A DNA stretch of 64,000 bases, taken from Betaproteobacteria bacterium. GTDB taxonomy: Bacteria > Pseudomonadota > Gammaproteobacteria > Burkholderiales > Gallionellaceae. The notes under the pieces were generated by a model. It was not told where the DNA came from. It made no database searches and was given only the letters and a program-made list of their open reading frames with translations. The stretch's first letter is position 1. Every line of letters begins with the position of its first letter. The DNA lies in the NCBI GenBank assembly GCA_021413765.1, contig JAIOPT010000096.1, positions 6,723 through 70,722 of the forward strand. Reading direction: 5' to 3'. Made by a program: the position numbers and the translations under genes. This document shows, one piece after another, positions 42,081 through 49,388 of this stretch.

Positions 42081-44216
42081 ATGAGTACCGCTGCACCATT
42101 ACAAAACACAGCTGATAAGTCACCGCTCGTGGGCAAATTACCTCACGCGGGATTGCTGTTGCAGCGTAAGTGCGCTTGCGGCGGGTCGGCGTCATCTTCA
42201 TTAAGTGGTGAATGTGGAACGTGCAGTAAAAAACGTTTGCAAAAGAAGCTCAGTATAGGCGCAAGCAATGACCAGCTGGAGCAGGAAGCGGATCGAATTG
42301 CTGATCAAGTACTTGCAGCCCCAGCCTATTCCACTATCAGTGGAGCAGCGCCTAGCATTCAACGTTTTACAAACCAACCGTTGGGAGAGACAGACACGGC
42401 TCCTCCTAGCGTAGATCGTGTGCTTGCTAGTTCTGGCAACCCCTTGGATCCGGCTTTGCGGCAGGACATGGGGCAGCGCTTTGGCCATGATTTTTCGCAG
42501 GTGCGGGTGCATACTGGCTCCGCCGCTGAGCAATCAGCCGCAGACGTCGGCGCAAATGCTTACACGGTTGGTGCTTCAATTGTGTTCGGGGCCGATCGAT
42601 ATGTTCCGAACTCCGCGCAAGGACGCAAACTTATCGCCCATGAACTTGTCCACGTTGTCCAGCAAAAGCGAAATGACCACTTTGGCCTGCAACGTGACCT
42701 TGCGCTTCCCACCTTGCCGAAGTGGACTGCAGCCAAGCTCACAGATAAGCAAATCGAGGACGCAATCGCTTTCAATAGTGGCCTGTTTCATTTTCCAGAA
42801 ACACTATCCCTGATTCGTGACGTCATAGGTATCAGGAGTAAATCAGCGCAGTCTGACAAAGAGCTCGCACTCGCGGTCGGCAGGTGGCAAGCAATGCATG
42901 GGCTTGCACAGGATGGGCGCCTAGATCCCGCAACCGTAGACTCAATTGCAAAAGAGTTGAAAGCCGAGCAAGCGAACATGATCCGATGGTCAAGTGGCGG
43001 GCCATCACCGGTCTCAACCCCGCCTGATCCAAAAGCTGGGGCAGCGTCTCTGGATGCGATGCCTGCCGCTGCAAAGCGGCGTGTGCAAGTAGTTACAGCG
43101 GCTGTGGCTCTGGATCGCAACGTTATTGACAGTATCTTCGCTGCACCGCGCCAGGGTGCGACACAATCTACGTTTAGCAGCGGGCTAAATGAGATTTTTG
43201 GTGCTGGCATTCCTGATAACGCTAAAAAGGCGCTAGGCAACCTTGCTGGATACCTGATGAGGTTCGATGCAACCAAACCTGATGGTAGTAAGACCAAGGC
43301 GCTGGTTTCAGATTCGACCATTACCCTAGAGATCAGTTTGCGTCCGCACCTAAATTTTGCGGGGTTGTTCCGCTTTTCCCGCATCGCCGACACCTCGAGT
43401 ACTTCGGCACCAGACAGACTAATCATTGAACTAATTCGAGAATTGCCACCGATGAACACCAAGATGCTAGACCTAGAGCCTGCGCTCACCGGTAGTTTCA
43501 CAGTCGGTGGAGAGACGTTCATGGCGGGTGCGGGTTGGCGTCAGGACACCTCAACGCTGTTGCGCAAATCCCTGCTTCTCCTGCCATCGGCTGCGCTCAC
43601 CGCTGCCAGTGGACTGACATTCGTTCAAACTGGCGCCGGATCGGCGGCCGAGGCCGGCAACTACAATCCGGACAGTGACACGGTGACTATTCACGACAAC
43701 GCCTTCATAGATAGCAATGTTCGCGCTGGAGATTTGCCGGAAGCGGTTGCAGCCATTACGCATGAAATTGGACACGCGTTGGATTTGCGGCCGTTACAGG
43801 CTGCCTGGAACACGGCGAGCGCTGCAGGAACGGCGCAGTCATGGGCCGCCCTTCCAGCGTCTCGGTCACTATCTGGATCCCGATGGCAGGCCTTGCCAGG
43901 TCCAAAAAATGAATTCGAACGGGGAGGGGAAAAGGGTACCACCGTCGACACTGGATTCCGTCAAGCCGCTTCTGCAGACGGATTTAAAGTGGGTACTAAA
44001 GTGGGTGCTTCGGCGAGCATAAGCGGTGGTGTGACGAACTACGGCAACACCAACTGGGAGGAGGCGTTCGCAGAGGCCTTCGCGCTGTACGCAACGGACC
44101 CGGCGCTGCTGAAGTCTCTAAGGCCAAAGACCCACGAATATTTCACCAAGCGCTATCCCCGACCAGCGCCCCCTGCTACCTCGCCGGTCGGGGCAAAAGG
44201 ACAGGGAAAACCATGA
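42081..44216 (+). CDS. DUF4157 protein with PG-binding-like segment and lethal-factor-like zinc metallopeptidase; candidate effector
   Basis: DUF4157 motifs; AVGRWQAMHGLAQDG; HEIGH and TNYGNTNWEEAFAEAF...PKT. Confidence 0.8.
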   Translation: MSTAAPLQNTADKSPLVGKLPHAGLLLQRKCACGGSASSSLSGECGTCSKKRLQKKLSIGASNDQLEQEADRIADQVLAAPAYSTISGAAPSIQRFTNQPLGETDTAPPSVDRVLASSGNPLDPALRQDMGQRFGHDFSQVRVHTGSAAEQSAADVGANAYTVGASIVFGADRYVPNSAQGRKLIAHELVHVVQQKRNDHFGLQRDLALPTLPKWTAAKLTDKQIEDAIAFNSGLFHFPETLSLIRDVIGIRSKSAQSDKELALAVGRWQAMHGLAQDGRLDPATVDSIAKELKAEQANMIRWSSGGPSPVSTPPDPKAGAASLDAMPAAAKRRVQVVTAAVALDRNVIDSIFAAPRQGATQSTFSSGLNEIFGAGIPDNAKKALGNLAGYLMRFDATKPDGSKTKALVSDSTITLEISLRPHLNFAGLFRFSRIADTSSTSAPDRLIIELIRELPPMNTKMLDLEPALTGSFTVGGETFMAGAGWRQDTSTLLRKSLLLLPSAALTAASGLTFVQTGAGSAAEAGNYNPDSDTVTIHDNAFIDSNVRAGDLPEAVAAITHEIGHALDLRPLQAAWNTASAAGTAQSWAALPASRSLSGSRWQALPGPKNEFERGGEKGTTVDTGFRQAASADGFKVGTKVGASASISGGVTNYGNTNWEEAFAEAFALYATDPALLKSLRPKTHEYFTKRYPRPAPPATSPVGAKGQGKP

Positions 44217-44521
44217 CTACTTTCCCCAACTCTCCCGGAGTACTCAAAAGCGGCATCGTGCTGATCGATGCCGAATTATGTCGGGTACTGCGCATCATTT
44301 CGTTGCAGTGCAACCCGGAAAAGCTAACACGCATCTTGCAAGTGCAGGGTGTTGGAGGCGAGGGCGACAACCGCTCGGAGGCCATGCGCCGCAAGGGTCC
44401 GGCGGTGGAGATGTTCAAGCTGGAAGCGGACATCGACGCGACAGATCAACTGGCATTTTTCGGTAGTAAAAAATGGCCAAGGTCAATATATTTGAAACCA
44501 TTCTTAATCCAAAACAAGTAG
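44213..44521 (+). pseudogene. truncated duplicate of the CIS tube-initiator gene at 46016
   Basis: First 82 aa are 66/82 identical to 46016..46672, then unrelated sequence and a stop. Confidence 0.85.
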
Positions 44522-44618
44522 AAAAAATAATAGAGGACGGCTCGCTTTTTTAAGTTGAACTTTTGAAATAAAAGAATTACCCGAGTAACGCCCTCAATTG
44601 CACGAAAGGAGATAAAAA

Positions 44619-45836
44619 ATGGCCACAACAATCAAACCATGGACGGTCATGGTGTATATGGCGGGAGACAACAACCTGGATCCAGAAGGCGTGCAGGATC
44701 TGAAGGAAATGAAAAAAGTGGGTTCGACCGACAAGCTCAACATCGTCGCCCAGTTTGACCGCGCTGAGGGTCATGTCGCCAGGCGCTATTACCTGCGCAA
44801 AGGCGGCATCGTCACGGGTGACGCCGTCGCTTCCCTCGACGCCATCAACACCGGTGACCCGAAGTGTCTCAGTGATTTCATTCAATGGAGTATCAAAAAC
44901 TATCCGGCTGACCACTATATGCTGGTCCTCTGGAATCACGGCCAAGGATGGGATGACACGGATGTTTACGCCAATGAGCGTCATCGCGGCCTGCGCAGAC
45001 TAACCTCCGGCCCAGTCCGCCATGCATTGTTCCATCCTCCAGTGCGCAATATGCTGGTGAAGGCCGGAAGCGACGCCATGGCACGCGCCATCCTGCTCGA
45101 CGACAATGCCAAGGATTTTCTGGACAATCTGGAGATGAAGAAGGTGATGGCCAACACGGCCAAACTCTTGAAACGCAAACTTGATATTCTCGGCATGGAT
45201 GCCTGCCTGATGAGCATGGCCGAGGTGGGTTACCAGATTCGCGACAGTGCCTCGTACACGGTGGGTTCGGAGCAAACCGAACCGGGTGAAGGTTGGCCGT
45301 ATCACACTATTCTGGGAGCCTTGGCCAAAAAACCGGCAATGACACCGCGTGATCTCAGCAAACTCATTGTCGACAAGTATCTGGCTTCGTACACCAATGC
45401 GGACGGCGTTACCTTGTCAGCCTGCGATTTATCCAAAGCGACCGGACTTGCCACTGCGGTGACTGCACTGGCTACCGCCTTGAAAGTAAGCTTGAAAGAC
45501 AGCGCAGCACGGCAGCGTATTTTGACGGTTCGCAACAAAGTGCAAAGCTACTACGTTCCGGACAATATCGATTTGGTCGACTTCTGTTCATTGTTGGCCA
45601 AGGCAGGTGCAGATTCCGCTACCACAGTTGCTTGCCAGAATGTCGACAAGGCCGTGAAGACTGACTTTGTGATGGCGCAAGGCTATAAAGGTGCGGACAT
45701 GAAAAATTCAAACGGCGTGGCGATCTATTTCCCGCTGCAGTCGGTGTCGCCCCTGTATGCCGGCTTGGATTTCAGCAAGAAGACCGGTTGGGATGCTTTC
45801 CTGAAAGCCTATCTCAGCGCCATCCGCAGCAGATGA
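44619..45836 (+). CDS. clostripain-like cysteine peptidase (C11)
   Basis: WTVMVYMAGDNNL, NTGDP, LWNHG (His), GMDACLM (Cys), GSEQTEPGEGWPY; no signal peptide. Confidence 0.9.
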   Translation: MATTIKPWTVMVYMAGDNNLDPEGVQDLKEMKKVGSTDKLNIVAQFDRAEGHVARRYYLRKGGIVTGDAVASLDAINTGDPKCLSDFIQWSIKNYPADHYMLVLWNHGQGWDDTDVYANERHRGLRRLTSGPVRHALFHPPVRNMLVKAGSDAMARAILLDDNAKDFLDNLEMKKVMANTAKLLKRKLDILGMDACLMSMAEVGYQIRDSASYTVGSEQTEPGEGWPYHTILGALAKKPAMTPRDLSKLIVDKYLASYTNADGVTLSACDLSKATGLATAVTALATALKVSLKDSAARQRILTVRNKVQSYYVPDNIDLVDFCSLLAKAGADSATTVACQNVDKAVKTDFVMAQGYKGADMKNSNGVAIYFPLQSVSPLYAGLDFSKKTGWDAFLKAYLSAIRSR

Positions 45837-46015
45837 ATGCGAAATTGTTGGAATTCGGGAGAAGCTGTCATGACCATGCTTAAGCAAGACGATCAAGGGA
45901 AAAGCGTCGCTACGCTGCGGAAGCAGCAATCAAACGCATTTTTGCATTCTCAGCCGTATGGACAAGCTATCGGATTACAACCGCCTACTGAATTGACAAA
46001 CAGGTATCTGATGCA

Positions 46016-46672
46016 ATGAGCGGTTATTCGAATTCCCCGCAAGTTCTTAAAGGCGGCATTGTGTTGATCGATGCTGAATCGGGCCGGGTGCTGCGCATTA
46101 TTTCGTTGCAATACAACCCGGAAAAACTGACGCGCACCTTGCAAGTGCAGGGTGCCGGAGGCGAGGGCGGCAACCGCTCGGAGGCCATGCGTTTCAAGGG
46201 TCCGGCGGTGGAGACATTCAAGCTTGAGGCGGACATTGACGCGGCGGATCAACTGGAGTTTCCCGATCAGCATCGCGCCGTGGTGGAAAACGGAATTCAG
46301 CCGCAAATATCGGTACTGGAATCGCTGGTCAATCCGACCAGTGGTCAGTTGCTCGACCGCAATGCAATGTCACAGTCCGGCACGCTGGAGATCGCGCCGA
46401 TGGAGGCACCACTGGCCCTTTTTGTGTGGGGAAAAAATCGCATCGTGCCGGTGCGAATTACGGATTTCAGCGTTACCGAGGAAGCCTTCGATCCGTCCTT
46501 GAATCCGATCCTCGCCAAGGTAAGCATCGGCTTTAGGGTGCTAAACGTGGATGATCTCGGCTTCGATCACAAGGGCGGCAGTTTGTTCATGAGCTATTTG
46601 CAAAACAAGGAACGGCTTGCGGCTAAAGCCCAGGCGGGAGCTTTCTCCACGCTGGGAATAGGAGGTATTTGA
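46016..46672 (+). CDS. CIS tube-initiator-like protein (Afp7 N-terminal-like)
   Basis: LQYNPEKLTR, LFVWG, VTEEAFD...P..AKV. Confidence 0.8.
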   Translation: MSGYSNSPQVLKGGIVLIDAESGRVLRIISLQYNPEKLTRTLQVQGAGGEGGNRSEAMRFKGPAVETFKLEADIDAADQLEFPDQHRAVVENGIQPQISVLESLVNPTSGQLLDRNAMSQSGTLEIAPMEAPLALFVWGKNRIVPVRITDFSVTEEAFDPSLNPILAKVSIGFRVLNVDDLGFDHKGGSLFMSYLQNKERLAAKAQAGAFSTLGIGGI

Positions 46673-47037
46673 TGATAGACCCGATCCAGGCTTTCATGCA
46701 GGCGAATTCTCTCGTTACCCCCCTGTTTCCGCCCGAGAGCCGCTACCACGGCATCGCGGCGGTGCAGGCTACTCAGCCGGACGGTACGGTCGTCGCGTAC
46801 CTGAAGCGCCGATTCGTGCCGCCGCCAGAGAACTTCTCGCTGTTGCAGGAGCATATGGTCACTGCGGGCGACCGGCTGGACAATATTGCCGCGCGCTATA
46901 TTGGCGATCCATCTCAGTACTGGCGCATCTGCGATGCCAACGGCGCTATACGTCCAGATGAATTGACGGAGACTGCGGGTAAGCGCCTGAGCATCACTTT
47001 GCCTGAAGGCGTTCAGGGAGTGATCAATGCTGGCTAA
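46672..47037 (+). CDS. LysM-domain eCIS protein
   Basis: SRY, HMVTAGDRLDNIAARYIGDP..YWRICDAN. Confidence 0.85.
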   Translation: MIDPIQAFMQANSLVTPLFPPESRYHGIAAVQATQPDGTVVAYLKRRFVPPPENFSLLQEHMVTAGDRLDNIAARYIGDPSQYWRICDANGAIRPDELTETAGKRLSITLPEGVQGVINAG

Positions 47038-48169
47038 GGGGATACATCTCACGTTGATGATTGGCCCCATCGTGCCGGTGCCGGTGCCGCAGATGGTAAT
47101 GAATGCGCTCGACAGCGTGCAGGTCACTACGGCGGCAGGTGCGGCGAGCGGCTTCCAGATGAGCTTCCAATTCAGCAGCAAGTCGGAACTGAACACGTTT
47201 TTCATTATCGCCGGTGCGATGAACAGTGGTCCCGCTACGCCGCCGCTGCGCGTCATGCTGATCATCACTCTCAACGGTACGCCACAGCCTTTGTTTGACG
47301 GGGTGATGACGAATGTAGAAGTGCATGCAGGAAGCAACGGCTCTCCGGGCACGGTAACGGTCACCGGGGAGGATCTGACCAAGGTCATGAACACGTTCGA
47401 TTTCAGCGGCTTACCTTACCCTGCAATGCCGATTGAGGCGCGCGTAGCGCTGATTTGCGCCAAGTATGCGGCCTTCGGCCTGATACCGTTGATTATTCCG
47501 GTATTGTTTCCCGATGTCCCCATCCCGGTGGACAAGATTCCCGCCCATAGGGGTACCGACCTTCAATACATTCAGCAGCTCGCTGAAGAGGCCGGCTACA
47601 TTTTTTACATCGAACCAGGGCCGGTGGCGGGCACCAACATCGCCTATTTTGGGCCAGAGATCAAAGTGGGCGTACCGCAACCGGCACTCAACGTGGATAT
47701 GGACGCGCTAACCAACGTCGAAAACATGAGTTTTTCGTTCGATCCGACCAAGGGCGTGCTGCCGGTCGTGTTCATCCAGAACCAACTCACGCGTATTCCG
47801 ATCCCGATCCCGATCCCCAACATCAACCCGCTGCAACCACCGCTGGGATTGCTTTCCACATCGATCAGCAATATCAAGGTGCTGAAGGATACGGCAAAGA
47901 TGAACCCGATGCAGGCGATTTCAAAAGGGCTTAATGAAGCGAAAAAGTCGCAGGACTCAGTCAGCGCTAATGGCAGCATTAATGTGCTGCGCTACGGTCG
48001 ACCACTGAAAGCCAGACAACTGGTCGGCGTGCGTGGCGCAGGCATCGCCTACGATGGCCTCTATTTTGTAAATAGTGTTACCAGCACACTCAAGCGCGGC
48101 GAGTTCAAGCAAAGTTTCAACCTGACGCGCAACGGTCTGGTTTCAATCACACCAAGGGTTCCCGTATGA
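47027..48169 (+). CDS. baseplate hub (gp27/phage late-control D-like, VgrG N-terminal equivalent)
   Basis: Position, TDLQYIQQLAEEAGY, VGVRGAG..YDGLYFV..VT. Confidence 0.75.
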   Translation: MLAKGIHLTLMIGPIVPVPVPQMVMNALDSVQVTTAAGAASGFQMSFQFSSKSELNTFFIIAGAMNSGPATPPLRVMLIITLNGTPQPLFDGVMTNVEVHAGSNGSPGTVTVTGEDLTKVMNTFDFSGLPYPAMPIEARVALICAKYAAFGLIPLIIPVLFPDVPIPVDKIPAHRGTDLQYIQQLAEEAGYIFYIEPGPVAGTNIAYFGPEIKVGVPQPALNVDMDALTNVENMSFSFDPTKGVLPVVFIQNQLTRIPIPIPIPNINPLQPPLGLLSTSISNIKVLKDTAKMNPMQAISKGLNEAKKSQDSVSANGSINVLRYGRPLKARQLVGVRGAGIAYDGLYFVNSVTSTLKRGEFKQSFNLTRNGLVSITPRVPV

Positions 48170-48681
48170 GCGATAGTGGCAATTTTTTCGGCAAGTACCG
48201 CGGTATGGTACTCAACAATGTAGACCCGATGCAGATGGGACGACTGCAGGTGCAGGTGCCTGATGTGGCGGGGCTTATTCCCGCAACTTGGGCGATGCCC
48301 TGTGTGCCAGTGGCTGGGATCAATATGGGCATGTTTGCGTTGCCTATGATCGGCAGTGGCGTGTGGGTAGAGTTCGAACAGGGTAATCCGGATTACCCGA
48401 TATGGGTCGGCTGTTTCTGGGGCAGCGCCGCAGAGCTGCCGGTGCTGTCGCGCATGGTACCGCCCGCAGTGCCTGGCATCACGCTGCAGACTCCGCTCAA
48501 GAATGGCATTGTTATTAGTGATGTGCCCGGCCCCACCGGCGGCATCCAGTTGCAGACCACGACCGGTGCCATGATCTCGGTGACCGATATCGGCATCATG
48601 ATCTCCAACGGCAAGGGCGCTGTGATTAATCTCACCGGGCCGACGGTGGACATCAATCTTGGGGCACTCACGGTGATATAG
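48166..48681 (+). CDS. spike protein (baseplate assembly protein V, gp5 OB-fold)
   Basis: GKYRG.V.NN.DP...GR, WAMPC, VWVEFEQG.PDYPIW.GC. Confidence 0.9.
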   Translation: MSDSGNFFGKYRGMVLNNVDPMQMGRLQVQVPDVAGLIPATWAMPCVPVAGINMGMFALPMIGSGVWVEFEQGNPDYPIWVGCFWGSAAELPVLSRMVPPAVPGITLQTPLKNGIVISDVPGPTGGIQLQTTTGAMISVTDIGIMISNGKGAVINLTGPTVDINLGALTVI

Positions 48682-48694
48682 GGAGAACGACACT

Positions 48695-49012
48695 ATGCCC
48701 GCACCCATCCTTCATCTTGGCGCCACGGTAACCTGCATGCACGCAGGACCGGCGACACCGCTCACGCCATTTCCGCGCGTGCTGCTGAGCGGTCAGCCGG
48801 TGACCACACTGGCCACGCCCTATGCGATTACCGGTTGCGCTCTCACCGGCACGCCCAACCCGCCCTGCGTCACCGCGCAATGGGTGATGGGTGCAGTGCG
48901 GGTGCTGGCGGGCGGTGCGCCAGTACTAATACAAACGGGGCAAGCGGTGTGCGTGCCTACCGGTACCGGCCTGTTGCCGCTGGTGGTACAACCCAGGGTG
49001 CTCGTGACATGA
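48695..49012 (+). CDS. PAAR-like spike-tip protein
   Basis: GATVTCMHAG, multiple Cys, 105 aa, follows the spike gene. Confidence 0.75.
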   Translation: MPAPILHLGATVTCMHAGPATPLTPFPRVLLSGQPVTTLATPYAITGCALTGTPNPPCVTAQWVMGAVRVLAGGAPVLIQTGQAVCVPTGTGLLPLVVQPRVLVT

Positions 49013-49019
49013 GGTACTT

Positions 49020-49388
49020 ATGAGCCAGATCGACTATCCATTCCAATTCGATGGCCGCGGCCGCACCGCGCAGACGGACGAGTCCGGTTATATTCGCGAC
49101 CTCATCGAGCAGGTGTTGCTCACTGCGCCGGGCGAACGCGTGATGCGTCCCAACTTCGGCAGCGGCGTGATGCAATTGGTGTTTGCCGCCGCCAGCCCTG
49201 AAGTGGCGGCGACCACGCAGTTCCTGATTCAAGGCGCCTTGCAGCAATGGCTGAGCGACGTCATTACCGTCGACACCGTCGATGTACAGGCGCAAGACGG
49301 CGCCTTGCTCATCACCGTGCAATATGTAGAACGCCGTACGCAAACTCGTGGCGTGGCGCAGATCAGCGCGCCGGGAGGCGGCTCATGA
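49020..49388 (+). CDS. GPW/gp25 baseplate protein
   Basis: LLTAPGERVMRPNFGSG. Confidence 0.92.
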   Translation: MSQIDYPFQFDGRGRTAQTDESGYIRDLIEQVLLTAPGERVMRPNFGSGVMQLVFAAASPEVAATTQFLIQGALQQWLSDVITVDTVDVQAQDGALLITVQYVERRTQTRGVAQISAPGGGS

